Source: Acidobacteriota bacterium
Lineage (GTDB): Bacteria > Acidobacteriota > Thermoanaerobaculia > Multivoradales > Multivoraceae
Length of the DNA: 64,000 nucleotides
Reading direction: 5' to 3'
Assembly: GCA_026707325.1 (NCBI GenBank)
Contig: JAPOXA010000037.1
Span: 264,822 to 328,821 of the forward strand
Shown here: piece after piece, positions 18,243 to 26,940 of the stretch
How positions within the stretch are numbered: position 1 is the first letter of the stretch
Layout: every line of letters begins with the position of its first letter
Program-made: the position numbers and the translations under genes
The notes under the pieces: model-generated
The model's input: the letters and a program-made list of their open reading frames with translations, nothing else
Told to the model about the DNA's origin: nothing
Databases searched by the model: none

Positions 18243-18488
18243 ATGTCGGAAGTCGCCGATCAACTCGCGAGCGTCGTCCGGTCGATGGTGGATCGCGGGG
18301 ACGCGGTCCGCGTCGAGGAGATCGAGGAGGAGGACGCGATCGTCCTGCAGGTCGAGGTCGCGCCGGAGGAGCTTGGCCGCGTGATCGGCCGCCAGGGCCG
18401 TAGCGTCAGGTCGCTGCGCGCTCTGCTGGAAGTCCGCGGCGCCGAGGCCGGCGAGTACTACGAGGTCGAGATCGTCGAACCCGAGTAG
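18243..18488 (+). CDS. KH-domain RNA-binding protein (YlqC/UPF0109)
   Basis: ATG at 18243. It has the KH GxxG motif VIGRQGRSVRSLRALL and the conserved position between rpsP and rimM. Confidence 0.85.
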   Translation: MSEVADQLASVVRSMVDRGDAVRVEEIEEEDAIVLQVEVAPEELGRVIGRQGRSVRSLRALLEVRGAEAGEYYEVEIVEPE

Positions 18489-18571
18489 CGAACGAGAGGC
18501 GGGCGGTCCGCACCCCAAAGGGGCCAGAGATGAAACAGCCGCCGCGGTCGACCGGTAGCGAAGGAGCGGAG

Positions 18572-19090
18572 ATGGTGACGGTCGGCGCCGTTCTGCGCGC
18601 GCACGGCCTGCGGGGCGAGGTGCTGGTCGACGCGGACAGCGAGAATCCGGACCGGTTCCGGAAGGGTTCCAGGCTTCTCGCCGAGGTCGGGGGCCGGGTC
18701 CGGCTTCTGGAGGTGGCGTCCAGCCGGCCGCATCGCGGCAGGCAGCTCGTGCGCTTCGCCGACGTGACGGATCGGGACGGCGCGGAGGCGCTCCACGGCG
18801 CCCTGCTCGAGGTGCCGGAGGACCAGGTGCCGGCTGCCGAGGACGGCACGTTCTACTACTTCCAGCTCGTCGGCTGCCGGGTCGTCGACAGGCGGCTCGG
18901 AGAACTCGGCGAGGTCGCCGCGGTGGTGGAGGACGGTGGCGGCGTTCTGCTCGACGTGGCCGCGCGCGGCGGCGGTTCGGTGCTGGTTCCCTTCGCCGGC
19001 GCGCTGCTGCCGGAGATCGATATCGGCGAAGGCCTGATTGTGAGCGACCTGCCGGAGGGACTGATCGAGGCATGCGGGTCGACGTCATAA
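18572..19090 (+). CDS. rimM: ribosome maturation factor RimM
   Basis: The ATG at 18572 lies 5 nt after AAGGAG. The N-terminus MVTVGAVLRAHGLRGEVLV is RimM-typical. The track ORF begins earlier, at 18530. Confidence 0.9.
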   Translation: MVTVGAVLRAHGLRGEVLVDADSENPDRFRKGSRLLAEVGGRVRLLEVASSRPHRGRQLVRFADVTDRDGAEALHGALLEVPEDQVPAAEDGTFYYFQLVGCRVVDRRLGELGEVAAVVEDGGGVLLDVAARGGGSVLVPFAGALLPEIDIGEGLIVSDLPEGLIEACGSTS

Positions 19091-19794
19091 CGATCTTCCC
19101 CACCGTCTTCCGGGAGTTCCTGGGGGCGAGCCTGATCGGCCGGGCGATCGCCGCCGGCCTGCTCGAGATTCACGTTCACGACCTGCGCGACTACACCGAC
19201 GATCCGCACCGGAGCGTGGACGACGAACCGTACGGCGGCGGCGGCGGCATGGTGATGAAAGCAGAGCCATGGCTCCATGCCGTGCGGGCGGTGTGCGGGG
19301 ACGGCCCGCGGCCTCACCGCATCCTGCTCTCGCCGCAGGGCGAGCGCCTGGACGATGCCCGGGTGCGCAGTCTGGCCGGCGAGGAGCGGCTGCTGCTGCT
19401 CTGCGGACGCTACGAGGCGATCGACGAGCGGGTCCGGATGCTGGTCGTCGACTCCGAGCTGTCGGTCGGCGACTACGTTCTCTCCGGCGGAGAGGTGCCC
19501 GCCATGACGGTCATCGAGGCGGTGTCGCGGCACATCCCCGGCGTGGTCGGCCGCCCGGAATCGGTCGAGAACGAGAGCTTCCGCTCGGGCCTGCTCGACC
19601 ATCCGCACTACACCCGCCCGCGGACCGTCGAGGGGATCGAGGTGCCGGACGTGCTGCGGTCGGGCGACCATGCGCGCATCGACGCCTGGCGGCGCGAGCA
19701 GGCGCTCAAGGCGACGCGCCGCAAGCGGCCGGACCTGCTGGCTGGCGACATGCGCGGTCAAGAGGTTGCGCCGAAGGCGCCGAACAGGCGATAA
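19072..19794 (+). CDS. trmD: tRNA (guanine37-N1)-methyltransferase TrmD
   Basis: MRVDVITIFPTVF...DDEPYGGGGGMVMK...GRYEAIDERV are TrmD motifs. It overlaps rimM by 19 nt. Confidence 0.97.
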   Translation: MRVDVITIFPTVFREFLGASLIGRAIAAGLLEIHVHDLRDYTDDPHRSVDDEPYGGGGGMVMKAEPWLHAVRAVCGDGPRPHRILLSPQGERLDDARVRSLAGEERLLLLCGRYEAIDERVRMLVVDSELSVGDYVLSGGEVPAMTVIEAVSRHIPGVVGRPESVENESFRSGLLDHPHYTRPRTVEGIEVPDVLRSGDHARIDAWRREQALKATRRKRPDLLAGDMRGQEVAPKAPNRR

Positions 19795-19919
19795 TCCGCC
19801 TCCTGCTTCTTCGCGATCCGCGGTCGGCAGCGACCGGCCGCAGGATGAGGGAGTGAAGTTCGCCAGGAGACAACAGCGCCGCGGGACGGGATTCGCGGCC
19901 GAGGTACAGGTGACACGCA

Positions 19920-20267
19920 ATGCACGATCTACAGCAGGTTGAGCAGGAGTACGTGCGGGATGGACTGCCGGATTTCCGGGCCGGAGACACGGTCAAGGTC
20001 CACGTCCGGGTTCGGGAGGGCGCCAAGGAGCGCATCCAGATCTTCCAGGGCGTGGTCATCTCGCGGCGCGGCAGCGGCACCCGGGAGACTTTCACCGTGC
20101 GCAAGGTCTCGGGGGGAATCGGGGTCGAGCGCATCTTCCCCCTCCATTCGCCGGTGATCGGCCAGATCGAGGTCGTTCGCCGCGGGAAGGTGCGGCGCGC
20201 GAAGCTCTACTACCTGCGGAAGCTGCGCGGACGCGCCGCCCGGATCGAGGAGCGGCGCGACCGCTGA
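19920..20267 (+). CDS. rplS: 50S ribosomal protein L19
   Basis: 115 aa with [29 protein letters not shown] and [10 protein letters not shown]. Confidence 0.97.
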   Translation: MHDLQQVEQEYVRDGLPDFRAGDTVKVHVRVREGAKERIQIFQGVVISRRGSGTRETFTVRKVSGGIGVERIFPLHSPVIGQIEVVRRGKVRRAKLYYLRKLRGRAARIEERRDR

Positions 20268-20308
20268 GAGCGGCGGCGCTACTCGCCGAGACGTACCGCC
20301 TGCGCCTG

Positions 20309-20932
20309 ATGCGCGGGCTCGAGGATCAGTTCGCGGCGGCCGGCTACGGACTCGTTGCGGGGATCGACGAAGCGGGACGCGGCTGTCTGGCCGGTCCGGT
20401 CGTGGCGGCGGCCGTCGTCGTGGGTCCGGACTGCCTGATTCCCGGCGTCGACGACAGCAAGCGGCTCTCGGGGAAGCAGCGGGAGCGGCTGGCGCGGACG
20501 ATCAAGCAGAGGGCGGTGGCCTGGGCCACGGGCGTCGGCGACGCGGCGCTGATCGATCGCGTCAACGTTCTCGAAGCGACTCGCCGGGCGATGCGGCTGG
20601 CCCTGCGGTCGCTGACTGTTCGGCCCGCGGTCGCCCTGGTCGACGCGGTGCGGCTCGACGAGGTCGAGGTCCGCGGCGCCGCCGTCCCGACGCTGCCGCT
20701 GGTGCGGGCGGATTCGCTCAGCTTCGCCGTCGCCTGCGCCTCGATCATCGCCAAGACGGACCGGGACCGGATGATGACGGCGTACGACCGGCAGTACCCG
20801 GGCTTCGGGTTCGCCAGCCACAAGGGCTATGCCTCGGAACGTCATCGCGCCGCCCTGCGCGAGCTGGGGCCGACGCCGCTTCATCGCCTCACCTTCCGTT
20901 CCGTGCTGCCCGGCCGGGGGAAGGGGGACTAG
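20309..20932 (+). CDS. rnhB: ribonuclease HII
   Basis: AGIDEAGRGCLAGPVVAAAVV and DSKRLS motifs; 207 aa. Confidence 0.93.
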   Translation: MRGLEDQFAAAGYGLVAGIDEAGRGCLAGPVVAAAVVVGPDCLIPGVDDSKRLSGKQRERLARTIKQRAVAWATGVGDAALIDRVNVLEATRRAMRLALRSLTVRPAVALVDAVRLDEVEVRGAAVPTLPLVRADSLSFAVACASIIAKTDRDRMMTAYDRQYPGFGFASHKGYASERHRAALRELGPTPLHRLTFRSVLPGRGKGD

Positions 20933-20941
20933 GATCCCCCC

Positions 20942-22075
20942 GTGCAAGGGAATCGCCTGCTGTTCCTGATCATCGGCGCGATCGTCGCGGTGGCGGCGGC
21001 GGTTCTCTGGTTCCTGCCGCGGGCGGAGCTTGCGCGCGTGCCGACTCTGTCCGGCGCCTGGGTTGGCATCGAGGTGGACGACGATGGCGTGGCGAAGACG
21101 GGCGACATCGAGATGGTCGCCGGCCAGGGCTTTCGCTTGCACGCCGTGCTGGCAACGGAGCCGCGTGGCGGAGACGAAGCGGGCGAACCGGTCTACTACA
21201 GCGCCGTTGCCCAGGTCGAGATCGAGGGTCGCCGGTTCGAGGCCCTTCCGCCGGAACGGCTCGGAGGTCTGGACCGGGTGCGGATGCTCTGGTTCAGCGT
21301 CGAACACGGCGTTCCGTTCCGGGAACTGGAGGACGCCGCCGATGTCGAGCCCTTCGAGTACGAGCCCTTCTTCCGGCCCGAGTGGGGCAGCGCCTGGTCG
21401 GTCGACGGCACGCTCGACGCCCACTTCGACGGATGGCTCGAAAAGGACGGTCCCGACATCGACCGGGACTTCGGCACCCTCCGCTACCAGGTCTGGGTGG
21501 TGGAGATGGTCGACGAGGACGTCCTGGTCCCTGCTCGGCGGAGGTCAGCGCCGTCGCTCCCGGGTCTGCTCGTCAAGTCTCCCGTTCCTCCCGACGCCAC
21601 CCGGCTCGAGGCGCGGCTGCCGGGGGCGCTGGGTACCCCGTCGGCAGTCTTCGGTTTGCCTGGAATCCACCGGGAGGGAGAAGGATGGGACGCTTCGGCC
21701 GTCGCCCGTCTGCACGAGCTCTACGACGACCGGCTCGCCTTCAGCCAGGTTTCCGTGCTGCGGGACATTCTCGCCGCGGGCGGCGTCACCTGGGAGGACC
21801 TGACCTGGGAACTCGCTCCGCTCGACGGCAGCACCGCGTGGAGCGCCTCGGGCGATGGCTCGCCGGCGCCGGGCGATCTCGTTCACGTTGGCGATCGTTG
21901 GGCCGTCCTGTTCGCGGACAGCGCCGCGGAGGGCGTCGCCGGCATGCTGGACGGCGCGGACCTCTGCCTCGACTTCGACGCAGGCGCCACGGTGCGGCGG
22001 CTCGACCGGATCTTCACCGTGAATGAAGAAGGCGAAGGGGATGTCTTCGTGGCGGCGCCGGGACGGCCGCTCTGA
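20942..22075 (+). CDS. hypothetical membrane-anchored protein
   Basis: 377 aa with a GTG start and a single N-terminal TM helix (LLFLIIGAIVAVAAAVLWFL). Codon bias looks genome-typical. No family was recognised. Confidence 0.6.
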   Translation: MQGNRLLFLIIGAIVAVAAAVLWFLPRAELARVPTLSGAWVGIEVDDDGVAKTGDIEMVAGQGFRLHAVLATEPRGGDEAGEPVYYSAVAQVEIEGRRFEALPPERLGGLDRVRMLWFSVEHGVPFRELEDAADVEPFEYEPFFRPEWGSAWSVDGTLDAHFDGWLEKDGPDIDRDFGTLRYQVWVVEMVDEDVLVPARRRSAPSLPGLLVKSPVPPDATRLEARLPGALGTPSAVFGLPGIHREGEGWDASAVARLHELYDDRLAFSQVSVLRDILAAGGVTWEDLTWELAPLDGSTAWSASGDGSPAPGDLVHVGDRWAVLFADSAAEGVAGMLDGADLCLDFDAGATVRRLDRIFTVNEEGEGDVFVAAPGRPL

Positions 22076-22080
22076 GCGCC

Positions 22081-23931
22081 TCAGCCGGCCGCGCCGCCGG
22101 CTGAGTTCCTGATCGCTTCCTCCAGCCTGCCGCCGCGCAGCAGTTCGCTGAACACGTGGGGCTCCTGCCCGGGGCGGTAGAGAGCGTAGAACGGGATGCC
22201 GTAGCGGCCGAAGCTCGCCAGGTAGCGGGCGATGTCGTCGTTCCGGTTGGTCCAGTCGGCCTGCATCGCGACCACCTGGTAGCGGGCGAAGAGTGCGGCC
22301 GTCTCGTCGGTCTCGAGCACGAGCCGTTCGTTGACCTTGCAGGTCGCGCACCAGTCCGCGGTGACGTCGACGAAGACCAGCCGGCCCTCGGCGGCGAGCG
22401 ACTCGGCCTGGACCGGGTCGAACGGCACCCAGTCCAGGACCTTCATGCCGCTCGGAGCGCCGCCCCCCGTCGTGGACTGGACGGGCGCGCCGTTGGCCAG
22501 CAGCAGCACCAGGACGGCCGCGGCAGCCGCGCCGACGCGGCCGAAAACGCGCAGGCCCGCCTTCTGGCTGCGGCTCTGCAGCCAGATGAAGAGGGCCAGA
22601 GTCAGCAGGCCGACTTCCAGGAAGGCGAGCCGGGCGCTGTCCATCTGGGCCGCGAGCACGTAGAGGAGCCAGATCGTCGTGCCGGCGATCAGGAAGCCCA
22701 TGACGCCCCGGAGCGTCACCATCCACTCGCCGGGCCGGGGCAGCAGCCGCGTTGCTCGGGGCATGGCGGCCAGCAGCAGGTACGGAATGGCGAGGCCGAT
22801 GCCGACCGCCGTGAACACGAGGACGATCGTGGCCGCCGGCTGGCTCAGCGCGAAGCCGACCGCGGTGCCCAGGAAGGGCGCCGAGCAGGGCGTGGCCATC
22901 AGGGTGGCGAACACGCCGGAGAAGAAGTGCCCGGAGTAGCTCCCGCCGCCGGTCTGGTGGTTGGCGACGGGCGCGGAGTGCGAGTGCCCGCCGCTGCCCA
23001 GCCGGCTGGCGAGTGCGTGCGGCAACTGGATCTCGAGCAGGCCCCAGACGTTCAGGCTGAACAGGGTGAGCACCAGGGCCAGGAACGTAACGAACACGGG
23101 GTTCTGGAACTGTATGCCCCAGCCCACCGCCTGCCCGGCCGAACGGGCGAGGAGCGTCACGCCGGCCAGTGCCCAGAACGAAACCAGGATGCCGAGGGTC
23201 GTCATCAGTGCGCCGCCCACGATCTCCCGGCGGGGCTTGCCGGACGCCTGGGCGAACCCGAAGAGCTTGAGCGAGACGATCGGCAGGACGCACGGCATGC
23301 CGTTGAGGATCAGGCCGCCCAGCAGCGCCGGGATCAGCGCGGCGAAGAGGCTCAGGCCTCCGCCGGTCGAGGGGGGCGCCGACGACGCTGCCTCGAAGGC
23401 GGGGTGCCCGGTCGGCTGGCCGGCCTCGCCGATCTGGAGCCGAGCGGTCGTCTCGGCGGTCGTCGGCGGCAGGCAGACGAGTTCGTCGCAAGCCTGATAC
23501 AGCAGTTCGACCGGCACTTCGACGCCGCCGCTCGCGAGGTCGGCCGGCAGCTCGAGGTCGGCGTGGATTACCGCTTCGACCTCGTAGGCCGCGAGCGGAT
23601 CCTCCGCGAACTGCGACTGCCACATGACGTGGGCGGGATAGCGGATGACAGCCTCGGGCCAGCCCTCCGGCAGCTCCAGGGCGAGTTCGGTGGGAATCAG
23701 ATAGTCGTAGCTGGGCGTGTGGCTCTGGATGTGCCAGCCGTCGTCGATCGTGACCACCGCGGCGATGCGGGCGGATGTTCCCGGGGCGTAGGAGGTGAGA
23801 TCGGCGAAGGCCTCGACCGAGGCCTTGGGAGGCGGTCTGAACTGCCCGCTCGCGGCCACTGCAAGCACCAGTCCCGCCGCGAGAAACACGGCCGTTCCGA
23901 GCGCCCTGCTGCTGTTACGATCCTGTTTCAT
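22081..23931 (-). CDS. dsbD: thiol:disulfide interchange protein DsbD/ScsB family
   Basis: Start taken at the ATG at 23931 (MKQDRNSSRALGTAVFLAAGLVLAVA signal). The longer track ORF to 24120 would overlap the divergent aminotransferase. It has an N-terminal DsbD-alpha-like domain, a CcdA-type TM core (GMPCVLPIV, TPCSAPFLG) and a C-terminal thioredoxin WCATC. Confidence 0.85.
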   Translation of the reverse strand: MKQDRNSSRALGTAVFLAAGLVLAVAASGQFRPPPKASVEAFADLTSYAPGTSARIAAVVTIDDGWHIQSHTPSYDYLIPTELALELPEGWPEAVIRYPAHVMWQSQFAEDPLAAYEVEAVIHADLELPADLASGGVEVPVELLYQACDELVCLPPTTAETTARLQIGEAGQPTGHPAFEAASSAPPSTGGGLSLFAALIPALLGGLILNGMPCVLPIVSLKLFGFAQASGKPRREIVGGALMTTLGILVSFWALAGVTLLARSAGQAVGWGIQFQNPVFVTFLALVLTLFSLNVWGLLEIQLPHALASRLGSGGHSHSAPVANHQTGGGSYSGHFFSGVFATLMATPCSAPFLGTAVGFALSQPAATIVLVFTAVGIGLAIPYLLLAAMPRATRLLPRPGEWMVTLRGVMGFLIAGTTIWLLYVLAAQMDSARLAFLEVGLLTLALFIWLQSRSQKAGLRVFGRVGAAAAAVLVLLLANGAPVQSTTGGGAPSGMKVLDWVPFDPVQAESLAAEGRLVFVDVTADWCATCKVNERLVLETDETAALFARYQVVAMQADWTNRNDDIARYLASFGRYGIPFYALYRPGQEPHVFSELLRGGRLEEAIRNSAGGAAG

Positions 23932-23959
23932 GCCTTCCGGTGAGCGCGAGTCGGCCACG

Positions 23960-25132
23960 ATGGCGGTTACCCGGCGGGTAGCCGAGCTTCGCCGTGAGGG
24001 AGTCGAGGTCCTCGATCTGGGTGCCGGAGAACCCGACTTCCCCTCACCGGAAACAGCCGTGAGGGCTGCCCGGCGAGCTCTCGACGAAGGCCGGACGAAG
24101 TATACGGTGCTGGAGGGCACGGCCGAGCTGAGAGCCTTGCTGGCGGATCGTTACAGCGCCCAGGGCGCGCCGTGGAGCGCGGCCAACACGCTGGTGACGG
24201 TGGGCGCCAAGGCAGCCCTGTACCAGCTTGCCCGGGCGTTCCTCGCGCCCGGCGACGAGGCTGTCGTGCACACCCCGGCCTGGGTCAGCATTCCGGCGCA
24301 GGTGCGACTCGCAGGGGCCGAAGCCGTCACCGTGCCGATGGCGGCGGAGGACGGATTCGCCGTCCGGGCGCAGCCGCTCATCGCGGCGATGACGGAGCGG
24401 ACGCGGGCGGTAATCGTCAACACGCCGTGCAACCCCACCGGCGCCGTGGCCTCCATCCTCGATCTCGAACGTCTGGCTTCGGCCTGCGGCGAGCGGGGCG
24501 CGCTGCTCATCTCCGACGAGACCTACGAGCGCTTCGTGTACGACGGCCGCCGGCACGCCAGCGTCGCGGCGCTGGCCGCCCGCTACCCGGACACGGTGGT
24601 GCTGGTCGGTTCCTTCTCGAAGAGCTACGCCATGACCGGCTGGCGGGTGGGCTATCTGCTCGGTTCGGCCGAGGTGGTCGCGGCCGCGGCGGCCGTCCAG
24701 AGCCATGTGACCTCGAACGCGACCTCGTTCGCGATGGCCGGGGCGGAGGCCGTGCTGGCGGAGGAGCCGCCCGAGTCGGCGGCGCTCGTCGCGGCCTGCG
24801 CGCGCCGCCGGCAACTCGTGCTCCGGGAACTGGGGCGCGTGCCGGGAGTCGTCTGCCCGCCGCCGGCTGGCGCGTTCTACGCGTTCCCGGACGTGAGAGC
24901 CTGTCTCGACGAGGCATGTCCCGATTCGGCGTCCCTCTGCCGCCGCCTGCTGGAGGAGGCTCGCGTCGCCGCCACACCCGGTTCCGCCTTCGGTTGCGAA
25001 GGGCACATTCGCCTCTCCTTCGCCTGCAGCGACGAGGAACTGGCCTCCGGCCTCGACGGCCTGGTTCGGGTCCTCAGCCGATCGACCGGGCAGGTCGTAC
25101 CGTCCTTCGCTGCCGGAGGTCGGGCGGGATGA
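23960..25132 (+). CDS. pyridoxal-phosphate-dependent (aspartate-type, class I) aminotransferase
   Basis: ATG at 23960 (MAVTRRVAELRREGVEVLDLGAGEPDF). It has the PLP lysine motif SFSKSYAMTGWRVGY. Confidence 0.9.
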   Translation: MAVTRRVAELRREGVEVLDLGAGEPDFPSPETAVRAARRALDEGRTKYTVLEGTAELRALLADRYSAQGAPWSAANTLVTVGAKAALYQLARAFLAPGDEAVVHTPAWVSIPAQVRLAGAEAVTVPMAAEDGFAVRAQPLIAAMTERTRAVIVNTPCNPTGAVASILDLERLASACGERGALLISDETYERFVYDGRRHASVAALAARYPDTVVLVGSFSKSYAMTGWRVGYLLGSAEVVAAAAAVQSHVTSNATSFAMAGAEAVLAEEPPESAALVAACARRRQLVLRELGRVPGVVCPPPAGAFYAFPDVRACLDEACPDSASLCRRLLEEARVAATPGSAFGCEGHIRLSFACSDEELASGLDGLVRVLSRSTGQVVPSFAAGGRAG

Positions 25133-26250
25133 GACCCCTGGCGCGCGGCCTCGCGTTCCACATGCTGACCCTGTTCGGGATCAGGGTGCGGATCCACTTC
25201 ACGTTCATCCTCCTGTTCGTCTGGCTCGCCGTGCTGGCGCCGGACATGGGCAGCAGTGCGCTGCTGCTGACGTTCGTCGTCGTGGGCCTGTTGATGAGCG
25301 TCGTCGTCCACGAACTCGGCCATGCCCTCATGGCGCGGCGGTTCGGCATCGAGACCCGTGACATCGTCCTCACGCCGGTCTGCGGAGTGGCGCGCCTGGA
25401 CGGATATCCCAAGGGCAAGGTCGAACTGGCGATCGCCAGCGCCGGTCCGCTGCTCAACCTGGGCCTGGCCATCGTGCTCTTCGTCGGGCTGACGGTCGCG
25501 GGGCTCCCGCCGCTGGGCGCCGGACCGGTCGTCGACCTTTCGTCGGCGCTGCAGTGGCTCCTGGTCGGCAACCTCTGCCTGTTCGCGCTGAATCTGCTCC
25601 CCGCGTTTCCGCTCGACGGCGGGCGCATCCTCCGCTCGGCTCTCTCGTTCGCCATGGGGCAGGAACGGGCGACCAAGGTCGCGACCCGATTGGGCATGGT
25701 GGTCGCGGGTTTCCTCGGTCTGACCGCTCTCATCCCATGGCAGTTCGGTGTGGCGTTCAATCTGTTCCTGTTCGTCACGGCCTTCTTCATCCTCGTGGGC
25801 GCGAGCCGGGAGTCCTCCCTGGTCAAGACCCTCCAGGTGTTGCAGGGGCGCCGGGCGAGCGAGGCCATGATGACCCGCTGCGAGCGCCTGGCGCCCCAGG
25901 ACACGATCGAGTGGGCGGTGCGCCTGCTGCTCTCGACCACGCAGCGCCAGTTCCCGGTGGTCGACGGCTGGGGCAGGGTGGCCGGCGAAGTGGACCGGGA
26001 ACGCCTGCTCGAGTCGGTGACCCGCTTCCCGGCCGACACGCCCCTCCTGGAGCTGATGAACCGGGAGCCCCTGACGGTGGCGGAGGACTGCGACCTGCTG
26101 GACGTGCTCCGGGAGTTGCAGAGTCCGGCGCGGGCGCTCTGGGTCGTGCGCGACCATGAGCTGCAGGGGATGCTCACGGCGGACGGGCTTTCGCAGTTCG
26201 TCGAGGTGTGTCGCCGGCTTCGGCATCGCGACGCGGGAGCAAGCACCTGA
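25129..26250 (+). CDS. site-2 (M50) metalloprotease with C-terminal CBS pair
   Basis: The ATG at 25129 overlaps the upstream stop (ATGA). It has the HELGHAL zinc motif inside TM helices, an NLLPAFPLDGGR motif and C-terminal CBS-like repeats. Confidence 0.85.
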   Translation: MRPLARGLAFHMLTLFGIRVRIHFTFILLFVWLAVLAPDMGSSALLLTFVVVGLLMSVVVHELGHALMARRFGIETRDIVLTPVCGVARLDGYPKGKVELAIASAGPLLNLGLAIVLFVGLTVAGLPPLGAGPVVDLSSALQWLLVGNLCLFALNLLPAFPLDGGRILRSALSFAMGQERATKVATRLGMVVAGFLGLTALIPWQFGVAFNLFLFVTAFFILVGASRESSLVKTLQVLQGRRASEAMMTRCERLAPQDTIEWAVRLLLSTTQRQFPVVDGWGRVAGEVDRERLLESVTRFPADTPLLELMNREPLTVAEDCDLLDVLRELQSPARALWVVRDHELQGMLTADGLSQFVEVCRRLRHRDAGAST

Positions 26251-26307
26251 GTCGCCTCCAACTGGTAGAGTGGCGGCTTCCGATTCGCATGAACTGAGGG
26301 TGGGCGC

Positions 26308-26940
26308 GTGACGGACGACGCAAAGCGGTCAGGACTCTCTCGCCGGTCGTTCCTGCGCAGCGGCGCCGCGGGCGCCCTCTCGGGCGGGCTGGCCGCGGGT
26401 CTTCTGACCGAGGAAGCCGCAGGCGCCGCGGCCGACACGGACGCGCCAAAAACGGTCGGTCCCGGCCCGGTCGAGATCGAACTCGAGGTGAACGGCGTCA
26501 CCCGCCGGCTGGCGGTGGAGCCGCGGGTCACCCTGCTCGACGGGCTGCGCGATCGCCTCGACGTGACCGGTCCCAAGCGAGTCTGCGACCGCGGCACCTG
26601 CGGTGCCTGCACGGTGCTCGAGGAGGGCCGCCCGATCTACGCCTGCAGCCGGCTGATGATCGAGTCCGCGGGACGCAGCGTCACGACCGTCGAGGGACTC
26701 GGTTCGCCGGACGCCATGCACGACGTGCAGCAGGCCTTCGTCGAGAACGACGCGCAGCAGTGCGGGTACTGCACTCCCGGCTTCGTGGTGGCGACCGCGG
26801 CGTTGCTCGCGCGTCACCCGGCGCCATCGGAACAGGAGATCGAAGCTGGCCTGGGCGGCAATCTCTGCCGCTGCGGGACCTACAAGGGCATTCGCGCCGT
26901 GGTCGAGGGCGCCGGGGGCGGAGGAGTGAGCGGTGGCTGA
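26308..26940 (+). CDS. (2Fe-2S)-binding small subunit of a xanthine-dehydrogenase-family oxidoreductase, with Tat signal
   Basis: GTG start. It has a twin-arginine motif SRRSFLRSGAAGA and two [2Fe-2S] motifs, CDRGTCGACTV and QCGYCTPGF...CRCGTY. Confidence 0.9.
   Translation: MTDDAKRSGLSRRSFLRSGAAGALSGGLAAGLLTEEAAGAAADTDAPKTVGPGPVEIELEVNGVTRRLAVEPRVTLLDGLRDRLDVTGPKRVCDRGTCGACTVLEEGRPIYACSRLMIESAGRSVTTVEGLGSPDAMHDVQQAFVENDAQQCGYCTPGFVVATAALLARHPAPSEQEIEAGLGGNLCRCGTYKGIRAVVEGAGGGGVSGG

Noticed and set aside
19795-19919. The 125-nt trmD-rplS intergenic region, considered as an L19 leader-type ribosomal autoregulatory RNA.
   Set aside because: Only a short 5-bp CGGTC/GACCG hairpin could be drawn. 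The known L19 leader is described from Bacillus-type genomes, and I cannot match its structure by eye. An Rfam scan would be needed.
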